This document shows positions 26,683 through 39,208 of a stretch of 64,000 nt of DNA, piece by piece. Source of the stretch: Anolis carolinensis (taxonomy: Eukaryota); contig NC_085841.1 in assembly GCF_035594765.1 (NCBI RefSeq), positions 36,873,636-36,937,635 of the forward strand, read 5' to 3'. The translations under genes and the position numbers were made by a program. Numbering within the stretch: the stretch's first letter is position 1; each line of letters starts with the position of its first letter. The notes beneath the pieces were generated by a model. The model made no database searches. It had not been told where the DNA came from and saw nothing but the letters and a program-made list of their open reading frames with translations.

Positions 26683-27500
26683 GGAGACCCTAGTGGCGCA
26701 ATGGGTTAAATCCTTGTGCAGGCAGAATTGCTGACCAGAAGGTCAGCGGTTCGAATCCTCGGAGAGCAGGGTGACCTCTTGTCTGTCAGCTCTAGCTCCC
26801 CATGCGGGGACATGAGAGAAGCCTCCCACAGGATGCTAAAACACCAAATATCCGGGTGTCCCCTGGGCAACATCCTTGCAGACTGCCAATTCTCTCACAC
26901 CTGAAGTAATTTAATAATAAAATAATAACTTTATTTATATCCTGCCATCATCTCCCAAAAGGGACTTGGAGCAGCTTCAAGTGCTGCAGAATACACAAGA
27001 TACAGTAAAATACATAAACATTTATAAAACAATAACAATACTAGTTATAGAGTTAGTGCAGTTTGACACCACTTTAGCTGACATGGCTCAGTACTATGGA
27101 ATCCCGGATTTTGTAGTTTGAGACACTTGCATTCTTTGGCACAGGAGGCTAAAGATTATAACTATTCTATCGCATTGAGCCATGGTAGGAAAGTGGTTTC
27201 AAATTGCATCAATTCTACAATATAGATGCACCAGTCTCTGAAAAGTGAGCTATCCTATAACCATTAAAATGTTTCTATGTGACTTGGTTGTTGTGTGTCA
27301 AATAGGTATGGCTTCGTATACAGTGTCAATAGCAGAATTCTATATAGCACTCAATGTAGGCTTCAATAATATTTATTGCATTATAAAAAAAAGTAGTGAA
27401 ACGTTTACTTTTATTTGCTCTGCAAAATAAGTACTACATATGACAAATATTAAAATATTCAGATTTAAAATTCAAATAAAGTCTTTGGTAAATAAAATAT

Positions 27501-27723
27501 CAGGGGTTCTCAAACTTTTTAAGTGGAGGGTCGGTTCACAGTCCCTCACACTGTTGGGGAGCCGGATTATGATGAAATAGCCCAAAATTAAGATTGTTTT
27601 TGTTGTGAGCCTTCAAGTTGTTTCAGACTTAGGTCAACTCTAAGTCTAAAGTTTAGGGCAGGGGCCAAGTAAATGATCTTGGAGGCCGCATCCGGCCCAC
27701 GGGCCTTACTTTGGGGACTCCTG
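27501..27723 (-). mobile_element. Short member of the same hAT family
   Basis: CAGGGGTTCTCAAACT ... ACTTTGGGGACTCCTG termini; no clear TSD. Confidence 0.8.
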
Positions 27724-27733
27724 TCTGATAGTA

Positions 27734-28056
27734 CAGTAGAGTCTCACTTATCCAAGACTCGCTTATCCAAGGTTCTGGATTATCCAATGCATTTTTGTAG
27801 TCAATGTTTTCAATATATTGTGATATTTTGGTGCTAAATTCGTAAATACAGTAATTACAACATAACATTACTGCGTATTGAACTACTTTTTCTGTCAAAT
27901 TTGTTGTGTAACATGATAATTTTGTGCTTAATTTGTAAAATCATAACCTTATTTGATGTTTAATAGGCTTTTCCTTAATTCCTCCTTATTATCCAAGATA
28001 TTCGCTTATCCAAGGTTCTGCCGGACCATTTAGCTTGGATAAGTGAGACTCTACTG
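27734..28056 (+). mobile_element. Tc1/mariner-superfamily MITE
   Basis: Same TIRs, TA TSD. Confidence 0.9.
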
Positions 28057-28065
28057 TATCTGATA

Positions 28066-28393
28066 GGTAAAGGTAAAGGTTTCCCCTGACATTAAGTCCA
28101 TTCATGTCTGACTCTGGGGGTTGGTGCTCATCTCCATTTCTAAGCCGAAGAGCCGGCGTTGTCCGTAGACACCTCCAAGGCCATGTGGCCGGCATGACTG
28201 CATGGAGCGCCGTTACCTTCCCGCCGGAGCGGTACCTATTGATCTACTCACATTGGCATGTTTTTGAACTGCTAGGTTGGCAGAAGCTGGTGAAACAGCG
28301 GGCGCTCACTCCACTCCCAGGATTTGAACCTGGGACCTTTTGGTCTGCAAGTTCAGCAGCTCAGTGCTTTAACACACTTCGCCACAGGGGCTC
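28066..28393 (-). mobile_element. Sauria-type SINE
   Basis: (AGGTAA)n tail, same body as the 8981 copy, 15-bp TSD CTACTGTATCTGATA. Confidence 0.9.
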
Positions 28394-28464
28394 CTACTGT
28401 ATCTGATAAGTTTCCCTTTATAAAGAGTGAACATATCATTGCAGTTTCTCAAGTCGCTCCTGCC

Positions 28465-29459
28465 ATAGAAAAGAAGAGACCTCATAGGCCATCCAGTCCA
28501 ACCCCCTACCAAGAAGCAGGAAATCGCATTCAAAGCACCCCCGACAGATGGCCATCCAGCCTCTGTTTAAAAGCCTCCAAAGAAGGAGCCTCCACCACAG
28601 TCTGGGGGAGAGAGTTCCACTGCCGAACAGGTCTCAGAGTTAGGAAGTTCTTTCTGATGTTCAGGTGGAATCTCCTTTCCCGTAGTTTGAAGCCATTGTT
28701 CCGTGTCCTAGTCTGCAGGGCAGCAGAAAACAAGCTTGCTCCCTCCTCCCTATGACTTCCCCTCACATATTTGTACATGGCTATCATGTCTCCTCTCAGC
28801 CTTCTCTTCTGCAGGCTAAACATGCCCAGTTCCTTAAGCCGCTCCTGGTAGGGCTTGTTCTCCAGACCTTTGATCATTTTAGTTGCCCTCCTCTGGACAC
28901 ATTCCAGCTTGTCAACATCTCCCTTCAACTGCGGTGCCCAGAATTGGACACAGTATTCCAGGTGTGGTCTGACCAAGGCAGAATAGAGGGGGAGTATGAC
29001 TTCCCTGGATCTAGACCAGGGGTCCCCAAACTAAGGCCCAGGGGCCGGATGCGGCCCTCCGAGGTCATTTATCTGGCCCCCGCCCTCAGTTTTATAATAT
29101 TATATATTGTATATACATATAATATTGATAATAATATTATAATGAAATACAATATAACACTAATAATAATACCATATAATAATATTAATTATATATTCTA
29201 TATTACATATAATATTACTAATAATATTACAATATAGTGGTATAGTTCAATATAGTAATATATAATGCTAATATTGTGCTATGCTAATAATATAATATAT
29301 TGTATGTACATATAATTTGTAAGCCACTCTGAGTCCCCTTTGGGGTGAGAAGGGTGTGATACAAATGTAGTAAAGAAATGCAGTAAATAAATAAATAATA
29401 AATAAATAAATTTTAGACTTAGGCTCACCCAAAATCTGAAATGACTTGAAGGCACACAA

Positions 29460-29492
<33 letters not shown>

Positions 29493-29875
29493 TCTTAATT
29501 AACTTGACTATCTCATTAGCCAGAAGCAGGACCACACTTCCCATTGAAATCCTGATAAATGTATGTTGGTTAAAATTGTTTTTATTTTTAAATATTGTAT
29601 TGTTCTTTCATTGTTGTTCTTCTTCTTGTTGTTGTTTTTGCACTACAAATAAGACATGTGCAGTGTGCATTGGAATTTATTTGTATTTTTTTTTTCAAAT
29701 GATAATCCGGCCCCTCAACAATCTGAAGGATTGTGGACCGGCCCTCGGCTTAAAAAGTTTGAGGACCCCTGATCTAGACACTATACTCCTATTGAGGCAG
29801 GCCAAAATCCCGTTGGCTTTCTTAGCAGCCGCATCACATTGCTGGCTCATGTTTAACTTGTTGTCCATGAGGACT
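28465..29875 (-). mobile_element. CR1 LINE 3' fragment, interrupted by a hAT MITE at 29017-29771
   Basis: [37 protein letters not shown]...; resumes after the MITE with [30 protein letters not shown]. Confidence 0.93.
29017..29771 (+). mobile_element. Non-autonomous hAT (Charlie-like) element
   Basis: TIRs CAGGGGTCCCCAAACT / AGTTTGAGGACCCCTG; perfect 8-bp TSD ATCTAGAC. Confidence 0.92.
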
Positions 29876-30169
29876 CCAAACAAACAAACGCACAAAAATT
29901 AGCATTGAATAGCCTTTTGGCTTCAAGGTCTGGCTGCTTACTGCCTGGGGGTATCTCCTTTGTAGGGAGGTGTTAGCTGGCCCTGATTGATTCATGCCTG
30001 GAATTCCTCAGTTTTCTGAGTTTTAGCCTTCTCTGCCAAAGAAGAGAACTGCAGCTCCTAAGATTGGAGAGCCCCGACCCAGGGGAGGTCAAGCGGAGTC
30101 ATTCTCTTTGGATGAAGGCGCATCTTGTCAAGCGATGGATGGGGAGGGCATCCTTCTGGGTTGCTATCC

Positions 30170-30540
30170 AGAGAACAGGGCGGGGTGTGCTTCCCTCCTG
30201 CCCTCCTTCGGGACTCCAACTGAGTCTCCTCCTCCTCCTCCTCCTCCCTTCCACATCCTTCTCCAGCCCGGCTTTCTGCTGACGTGTCTGCTCCCCCCCC
30301 CCCCCCGCTTCCCCGGTTTGGTTTCGCCTCCCTCCTCCTCGCCACTCAACATGGCTCTCCCCTTGGCGCTCCTCGCCTGGCTCCTGCTCGCCCAGCCGCC
30401 CGCCGCCCAGGCCCGGGAGACGACGGACAGACGCTTTGCCGAGTACAAGCGATGCGCCGACCCCGAGTGCAGCAGTAAGTGCGGTGCGGAGCCTGGCACT
30501 TCCTGCCTGTCACTCGGACAGAGAGAGTGGGGCCGGGCAG
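30170..30540 (+). promoter_or_regulatory. MIA3 (TANGO1L) CpG-island promoter and 5' UTR
   Basis: GC/CpG-rich region around exon 1. GC box GGGCGGGG near 30178, (CCT)n and poly-C tracts, TGACGTGTC 30280-30288. Confidence 0.75.
30351..30474 (+). CDS. MIA3: MIA3/TANGO1 exon 1 (signal peptide and start of SH3-like MOTH domain). Partial CDS = join(30351-30474, 34794-34927, 45810-45896, 47591-50444, 51900-52163, 53548-53690, 60645-60776, continues beyond window), 1246 codons in window
   Basis: Kozak aacATGG. Encodes MALPLALLAWLLLAQPPAAQA-RETTDRRFAEYKRCADPECS, with the MIA-family KxCADxECS motif; donor gtaagt. Confidence 0.95.
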
Positions 30541-30670
30541 GACTTGTTGGCATCCCCAAGGCCACGCAGAGCATGAAGATGCCTTCTCCTCCCCACTCAT
30601 TGCCCTCCTTGATCTTCTTCCTCCTCAGCCCTCAGAGACGGGGAGAAAGAGGACTTGGGTGCAGCAACAC

Positions 30671-30845
30671 CAGGCATGGGGGAACTTGGGCCCTCCAGAT
30701 GTTTTGGACTTCAACTCCCGCCATTCCTAACAGCCTCAGGCCCCGCTTAAGCGGCTGAGGGGGGAAAGGAAGGGGCCTGAGGCTGTTAGGAATGGCGGGA
30801 GTTGAAGTCCAAAACATCTGGAGGGCCCAAGTTCCCCCATGCCTG
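30671..30845. mobile_element. Palindromic hAT MITE with about 74-bp perfect arms
   Basis: 30671-30744 is the reverse complement of 30772-30845. Confidence 0.88.
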
Positions 30846-30852
30846 CAATATA

Positions 30853-31269
30853 CAGTAGAGTCTTGCTTATCCAACATTCTGGATTATCCACCGCAGTCTG
30901 CCTCCCGCCTGGATCCACAGCTATTTCTTTAGGCAGCAAGGACTGAACTTTTTACCGATTTAACTTCCGGCAATGTTGTTACTGCAAGATTATTTTATTG
31001 TTAGTAGCCAATGTTTTTACAGTCAGTGTTTTCAGTACATTGCAATGTTTTGGTGCTAAATTGGTAAATACAGTCATTACTACATAACGTTACCATGTAT
31101 TGAACCGCTTTTTTTTTTGTCAATTTGTTGTAAAACATGCTTAATTTGTAAAATCATAACACAATTTGACGTTTAATAGGCTTTTCCTTAATCCCTCCTT
31201 ATTATCCAACATTTTTGCTTATCCAACGTTCTGCCGGCCTGTTTATATTGGATAAATGAGACTCTATTG
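30853..31269 (+). mobile_element. Tc1/mariner-superfamily MITE
   Basis: Same TIRs, slightly degenerate; TA TSD. Confidence 0.85.
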
Positions 31270-31300
31270 TACTATGTCTTTCGTATCCACTCTTGTTCAG

Positions 31301-31533
31301 TTTATTTATTATTTATTTATTTACAGCATTTATGTTCCGCCCTTCTCACCCTGAAGGGGACTCAGGGCGGATCACATTACACATATAGGCAAACATTCAA
31401 TGCCTTTTAACATAGAACAAAGACAAGACAAACATAGGCTCCGAGCGGGCCTCGAACTCATGACCTCCTGGTCAGAGTGATTCATTGCAGCTGGTTGCAG
31501 CTGGCTTGCTCTCCAGCCTGCGCCACAGCCCGG
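31301..31533 (-). mobile_element. tRNA-derived SINE with L2-like tail
   Basis: Reverse-complement homologue of 9704-9938. Confidence 0.8.
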
Positions 31534-32595
31534 AGCCTGTTCCACAATTAACCCCACCCTCCACCCTCGGATACCAAAATCTATGGATGCTGAACTTCCA
31601 TTATATACAACAGCATGGTAAAATGGCAATATTAAGGCTTACTTCTGGATTTATTTATTTTTTAAACCGAATCTATGGGTGCAGAATCTACGAATATGGA
31701 GGGCCTACTGTCATTCCATAGTTTCTGCTACTGAGGAAGTGTCATGCAGCTAGATGGACTCAAATTTTGGTAGTTAAAAAAAAAAAGATGAAATACGAAG
31801 ACCTTTTCTCTTGAGATGGGGATTAAATCTAAGAAATGTTGTCACTGTTTCCCTGGACTGTTGTCACTGTTTTCCTGCACTGTCTTGTCTCGTTGCATGC
31901 CTGTTTGTAAGCTCTGAGTGGCAAGGAACTGTCCTCTTGCTTTTTAAAGCACCTTTGATGATGTTCTCAATCTATTCCTGGTATACATGCAAACATATCG
32001 TTATTCCCTTCTCCAGTTAGTGGCGGAAATTGTTGTATCTTTAACAGGATCCTCCTCTCTTTTTTTGGGATATTGTTCATGTGGACTGGAAGGTCAGGGA
32101 TTCTCCTGGATATGTATCACTCCAGGCAGCTGCACCATACACTTGTAGACACTATGGTGTGTTACCAAGGATGATGACATGCATCTCTTATCTTACTCAC
32201 TGCTTTATAGATTGTTTTGTGTGCCTTAATTTCTGACTTATAGTGACCTTAAGGCCATGGGGGGTTTTTTTGGCAGGATTTGTTTAGGGAATGGTTGCCT
32301 TTTCCTCCTCTGAGAATGAAAGCATGTGACTTGCACAAGTAGGTTTTCATGGCTAAGTAGGGATTCGAACCCCTGTTTCCCGGTGTCTTAATCCAACACT
32401 CAAACTACTACACCACACTGGCTTTCTCATTACTTGAGTCAGAACCCTAAAATACTAATGCTCCAAAGTGGTAACATGGAGTGCTTTTGTATTTTGTCAT
32501 CCCCTGGATAAAGTCTGGTGCAAAGCACCAGATAATGGTGTTAATGCTTGAACTAGCATTGTTCTTGATAGGATGTTGTCTGCAACAAGCATCAA

Positions 32596-32852
32596 GGAGT
32601 CCCCAGTGGCACAGTGGGTTAAACCCTTGTGCCGGCTGGACTGTTGACCAAAACGTTGGCGGTTTGAATCCAGGGAGAGCAGGTAAGCTCCCTCTGTCAG
32701 CTCCAGCTCCCCATGCAGAGACATGAGAGAAGCCTCCCACAAGGATGGTAAAATATCAAACATCCGGGTGTCCCCTGGGCAACATCCTTGCAGTCAGCCA
32801 ATTATCTCACACCAGAAGCGATTTACAGTTTCTCAAATAGCTCCTGACAAAA
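32596..32852 (+). mobile_element. tRNA-headed SINE (Sauria-like head, different tail); other copies at about 26683-26910 (+) and 56080-56338 (-)
   Basis: A/B boxes, shared body GACATGAGAGAAGCCTCCCACA, TSD AAGCATCAAG. Confidence 0.8.
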
Positions 32853-34793
32853 AAGCATCAAGCATTTGCTACCCAATGTCTCTGCCTGTTGACAAATTGC
32901 AACTGCTGGATCAGAACTTTCCAAACATTTCACGTCAGTGACACACTTGTAGGACACACATCATTTTGCAACACAATACTTCAGTTTTATTAGCAAACAA
33001 GGGGAGGTGAAATCAATCCCTTATAAGACATACGAACACATAAGTGAATTGTAATAACAAAATATATGAGGGCACAACATATCTTGTGAAAACCTTTCAT
33101 TTATATTTTTTAAAAATATGATAATTATATATTTCCAATATTTCTTGTTATGTTCGTGCAACGCACTGTTCAAAAAGCTCTGTGTTAGATTCTAGAATTT
33201 AGAAACTGGTTTTAATGAACAGTAAATGTTTGACCTTTCTCCTTTCCCACTTTCTCTTTCTGATACTAAATTATCTCAATATACCAAAATTGTTCTTGTG
33301 GCGGAAACAGAAAGATAAGTGGGTGGCTCTCTTGACTATCCCTCTAGCTGCATCTGCTTGTTTCAGATTTAACAGGGAAAGGTCTCGAAAATTTCAGATT
33401 TATAGATTAAGATTCAGTATGTTCACTTTATGTCACTAGCAGCCCACTCTTAAGGTTCTGGTTTGAAATATTTTGTTCGTGTTGTATGTGCTTGCAAATT
33501 ATTTCCGATATGGCAACCCTGGCTTTTCTAGGCAATTCGTTCAGAGCAGGACTTGTCTTTGTCTCTCTCTGAGGCTGGGAGAGTGCGACTTTTACAAGGT
33601 CACCCAATGGGTTTCATGGCTGAGCAGGGATTTGAGCCCTGGTCAACAGAGTCATCGTTCAACACTCAAACTACTGAACCATGCTGGCTTTCAAAAAAAT
33701 TGTGGTTTTGTAATAAATGTGTATAGGACTGCAGTTATGTCAGTATGGAATTAGAGCCTTAGATTGTGATCCTAACCACACATACATGGAAGTAAAACCT
33801 TACTTGGACTTAATTCTCATATACATGAATATAAGTGTCATGTTTGAAATTGTTTTAACTATAAACAAGGCTTTGATATACAGTCAGTCCTCCATGTTTT
33901 CTGGGGTTAGGGGCGCAAGATCCCACAAAAGTGAAAAACTGCAAAAGTTTTTTTTTTTAATTACCTGCAAGGACATCCCTCTAGCAATCTCTTGGTCCTT
34001 CAGCATGAAAAATATGCAAAGAATCAAATCCACAAAAGTCAAATCTGCAAACGTGAAGGGCCAACATTTAGTTAGGTAAATTGTATTTGAGATGTACCTG
34101 TTTATATCCTATCTATATATGCTTTTGGATAATAGCCTTAGTTTGATCTAAAATATTATTGGGGGCTCATTGACCTACATTTATGTCAGTTTTATTTATT
34201 AAAATATATTTATTCTGCCTTTCTTTAAAAAATATCAAAAATAGCTAACAGATTTAAAATAAAGATATTCTGTTAACATTTCCTTAAAAAGGCAAATCCA
34301 GATCAGAAATAAGCAAGCTGAGCAATTATCATTTGATTCCCAAAACTCAAATATGATTATCCAAAAAGTAGTTAATATCAGTGGAGGAAAACACTGGAAA
34401 ACATGAGCTCATTTTCTGGCATCTCAGTTCTAAAGACAATTTAATTTAGAAACAGTTTGACTTTGGAAAAATTCAGCCTGATTGTGCTCAGGAATATTGT
34501 TTTCAATCCTGTCCCCTTAACTTTGACATTTTGAATTATGTAGCCTTGGGGTATTAGAATATATTCCATAGCCATGAAGTGAAGTTGGAGTTTCACCATC
34601 AGCTGAAATCAAATGTTGATTCTGACTTCCTTATGCCGTTTCACTGCCTTGATAAATTAGGCATACAATTATTTTCACACTGCCTACATACCGGTTATAA
34701 TTTCATATTCCTGGACTGTGTGTATATTGCCAGAATTGCCATTCAGATGATGTTCTTTTATTCATGTTTTTTTTTCTTGCTTTCTTTCCACAG

Positions 34794-34927
34794 TGCTAAT
34801 GTGTCGAGGGAAGGCAGTAAAAGACTTTACAGCTCCAGATTGCCGGTTTTTAGATTTTAAAGAAGGTGAATCGATATATGTGTATTATAAATTAACCGGA
34901 AGAACAAATGAGCTGTGGGCTGGAAGT
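34794..34927 (+). CDS. MIA3: MIA3 exon 2 (SH3-like domain)
   Basis: Polypyrimidine tract plus cag; 134 nt. Encodes MLMCRGKAVKDFTAPDCRFLDFKEGESIYVYYKLTGRTNELWAGS; donor gtgagt. Confidence 0.96.
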
Positions 34928-36957
34928 GTGAGTTTTTATATACTTTGATTTTACACACGCTGGAGAAACTAACCTCTGTCTTTTATTAACATTTTAATAA
35001 ATATTTCTTAATCTCTTTATCTGCATTCACCAACAGTGGTTTTTAGGGTATTCTATTGCAGTTTGGTAAGATTGTATCATTAAATGTTCTTCATTTTGGA
35101 TTATTGTTTCATGAAACGGAGGAGCAAATTCATATCTGCATGTGCAAAAGACTGTTCATAGCTTGGCTGATTCAGTGGATACATTATTTGTCCAGAAATA
35201 GCCCCTGCTCCTTTCTTTTTATAAATTTCATAGCTGCTTGCCCCTCCTGCCTTCATGTAGATAATAACCCTAGATCATTTTCCTGTGGGTCGTTTCCTCT
35301 TTCAGGAGAACATTTTCTGTCATTCAGCCCTCTGTCTGAAAACATCAGCCTAGCAACTTTTAATAAAAAGCTGTTAGCCCAGTTGCTCTAACAGTATACC
35401 ATATGTTTTATACTGTTAGAAAATACTGCTTCTAGATTCGCTTTTGAGCCTCCAGGTTCCATTTTAGAGGAAAAGAGGCATGTAAATGAATTAAACGATT
35501 ACATGAATAGACTCTTACCATATACTGAAAATGAAGTTATATCATGCAGAAGGCTTGTATACAGCTTTCCTCTTTAAGGGGATAGATATAGCAACTGATG
35601 GTTATAGTTTCTGCTATCATCAGAAGATCACACCTAATTAAGTTTAATTACCCAAAGGAATATAGTAAATATTTCTATTCATAAGTGCCGTGTCTGTGTT
35701 GCCCTCAAAATTAACCAGACTTCCAGATTTAAAAATGTTCTTGGCATTTCTTTTGAGAGCTTGGCTATATATTACCCATAAGATTTCTTTTTATAATAAA
35801 AAAATCACCTTCTGAGTCTATGAACAGAATGAGATGAAGATATAGTTTAAAATGTACCTTTCTTATCATTATTGTTGTGTTCCTTCAAGTTGTTTCTAAT
35901 TTATGGTGACCCTAGAATGAACCTATTACAGGGTTTTCTTGGCAAGATTTGTTCAGTGGGGACAGCGTTGTATTTCTCTGAGGATGAGAGGGTGTGGCTT
36001 GTCCAAAATCATTCTGTAAGACAATTACCTTCAAAGGGCTCAGGAGGGAAATCAGGCAGAGAAACTCAGTCTCGTGAGAGATGCAAAAAGCAAAGTTTAT
36101 TTTCAAATAGCTATGAGAAGGCGAACAGCCATACATACCCTAAAGGGTTGTATCATGAAAAATGGCCGTTGCAAAGCGTGGCGTCACAAACAAAGGATAT
36201 ATATGTCGGCTTATCTAAGCTTGACCAATGGCTGAGGGTCTTCCTCACCTTCCACACCTACTTGGCATAAGTGATACCAATGACCTAACTTGTTTACTCT
36301 GAGCTTTCTTCTCTCCTTTCGAACTTCCTAAAGGAAGGCACCAGCTCACACAGGAGGGGAGGGGTATAGGCCCTGTGTTGCACATACTACTTTGGTTCAT
36401 GCAAAAGTGCTTATATTGTCCATATAAAGGCTATATGATATATGCAGAAACAAAGCTATATAGGCAATAGTTTACTACTTTCTGGCTTATGGTCCCTTCC
36501 ATTCAAGTAGGTCTCCATGACCATGCAAGGACTATGACTCTGATCTCGAAAGTCATAGTTCAACCCTTAAACCAGTACAACATGCTGCCTCTTTTTAGTC
36601 TAAGCAAAAAACCCTTCTTGTGCCTTATGGTGGAAAAGATAAGGAATTTTGTTTTTGACTCTACTGTACACTTTTCCATGGGTTTTATCAGACCGGTACT
36701 AGCCAGTATTGTGTAGTGGTTTGAGCATTAGTCTATGAGTCTGGAACAAAAACAACTCTTTTTAAAAAGGAATTTTGAGTGAAAAATATGTAAATGTGTG
36801 CGCATGTAGCATGGCCCATAGAAGGGTGTGCTGATACCTAATACAATGTAAATAGACTTTCACTTAAGGCATGGTTCCTGCATGTGTCCAGTCAGTGTAT
36901 ATTTGAGTTATGCATGGAGCTCCATTAAGGAGGGAAAATCAGCAGACTGCAGAGCTA

Positions 36958-37178
36958 ATGTTGTTGCCTTCGAGTCACATCCAACTCTGGTGACCCTAAG
37001 GTAACTCTATCACAGGGTTTTCTTGGCAAGATTTGTTCAGAAGAGGTTTACCCCTATCTTTCTCTGAGGCTGAAAGAGTGTGATTTGTCTAAGGCCACCC
37101 AGTGGGTTTTATAGCTGAGCAGGGATTTTAACCCTGGTCTCCAGACTCATAGTCCAACGCTCAGACCACTATACCTCA
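36958..37178 (-). mobile_element. Older SINE family; related copies at about 32210-32425, 33470-33690, 35870-36010, 14030-14335 and 42500-42640
   Basis: Recurrent GTGACCCTAAGG...GGGTTTTCTTGGCAAGATTTGTTCAG...CTGAGGCTG body with a tRNA-like head. Confidence 0.65.
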
Positions 37179-38902
37179 CTAATACCAGTGTGATAATATT
37201 CATAGAAAAGTATGTAGCAGAGTCAATGAGCACATAACAAAAATATTATTTTGTGGCACACTAAAGAATATGAGTGTAGTGCATTTCATCCACTAAATTG
37301 TGCTCTGTAAAGTGTTGGCAACATAGCTCAGATCTTGGTACGAACTACTGAATTACATAGAAATTAATGGGACTAGTGAGTTGCAACTATTATAAATATC
37401 TGCCAAATCAGTGGAATTCACTTTCTCTGGACTGGGATCTTAGTCAAGGAAAAGCTACTTTCAGTTTGCAGTAACATCTTATACCAAATGTTCCTTTCTT
37501 TCTGTAACAAGATATCAAGAGGGATATCAGACGTCTGCAGTTTCTCACTGGTAGATTACATGGTAACAAACACTTAATGATGGGCTTCCGGTTGTCAGGT
37601 CTTTCTGCTGAGCAGATCTTTTTGCCTTGCAAAGGAATATTTTTCTGGTGTGAGTCAATCTAACACCATCCGCTGCCAGGAGGAGCTGCATTTATTAGAA
37701 TATGTGAGTGAGGTTATGACACAACAGCTTGTCTGCTGCAACAGAGTCCAATTAAAGTTGCATAGATGAAATTGGAAGCACTCTGCTGGCAATGAGAGTG
37801 GCAGAAAGGAATGATTGTCTGCTTGCTAATAATTCCCTACTGACACCTACTGTGCCACAAAAATAACCTGGATAATTAGGAGGCATCGGTTTCCAGGGTT
37901 GTAAGTTCTTCATAAACACAAAACATGAAGAATTATTAAACATGGGGCCAAATAATTAAACACTCAAGTTTTTAAACAAGAGGTTAAATGGTTAATGTCC
38001 ACAACAGGCAAATCATTTTGTGCCCAGACAATAACAAGTTTGGGATAATTGATAGAAAGTTCAAAATGAGTATTCTGCAATCTTAATGACTTTGTAATGT
38101 ACACCCAGCAGTGATACCATATTATCAAAATATTTAGAGAAAGTACAAAAGAATGCCTTGTCCCTGTGACACTCATAGTACAAACAATGTAAATAAGCAT
38201 GGCTCTTGCCATTGTTTGTCTGGACTATAAATGTCTCTTGTAATTTAAAACAAATATATCAAACAATGCTCTAATCTTTGTTTTCTCCAAGGAACACTGT
38301 ACTCTCTGTGTTGATTTTAGAGAGTCTGCTAGTGTTACTCAAATTAATAAACAGGATACTGCTGTCAGTCAATCAGCTGTCAGCAACCTTTCTGTGGCAA
38401 GTTTCCTGGAAACTACATAAAAACAGCAACAATAAATATGGCAAAATATGGTACCAGTCCCTGGAGGAAAATGCTAATCTACCACACCATATAGTTTGAG
38501 AAATATTGCTTGGACCTCATAATGTGATGCATTGGATCTCAGTTTTAGTTCAATTTCTAGTAGTTTGATGTAAAGGTTTGTTTTAAAAAGGTGAAAAGTA
38601 GATTGTTGTTTAAGATCAGAAAAGATTATCTCCCATGCAAAAACATGGGAGATCTTTGGGATGTCTTTGTCCAGGTTTGATTTGCTGCTTCTTAGCATAC
38701 AAATGTGATATTCTGTACTAGATGATGCTCATCTTCAAGCTCTATTAATTAGGCAGTTGGCATTCTTAATCCAGGCTTTATTTGCTCCCTTGATCTGTAC
38801 ACAAAGGTGTGCAGCTGCAGATTTCTGAACAGAGTACAGACAGTCCCCAAGTTACAAACAAGATAGGTTCTGTAGGTTTGTTCCTGAATAAATATATATA
38901 CA

Positions 38903-39208
38903 CAGTAGAGTCTCACTTATCCAACACTCGCTTATCCAATGTTCTGGATTATCCAACACATTTTTGTAGTCAATGTTTTCAATACATCATGATATTTTGG
39001 TGCTAAATTCGTAAATACAGTAATTACTACATAGCATTACTGCGTATTGAACTATTTTTTCTGTCAAATTTGTTGTATAACATGATGTTTTGGTGCTTAA
39101 TTTGTAAAATCATAACCTAATTTTTCTTAATGTCTCCTTATTATCCAACATATTTGCTTATCCAACATTCTGCCGGCCCGTTTACGTTGGATAAGTGAGA
39201 CTCTACTG
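38903..39208 (+). mobile_element. Tc1/mariner-superfamily MITE nested in an older Tigger-like repeat (about 38835-39310)
   Basis: Same TIRs; the host repeat recurs at about 23100-23710, 25345-25610 and 54495-54890. Confidence 0.87.

Noticed and set aside
30108-30758. 216-aa ORF extending MIA3 exon 1 upstream and downstream
   Set aside because: Only 30351-30474 has a Kozak ATG, signal peptide, MIA motif and donor. The rest is GC-rich promoter and intron/MITE read-through.
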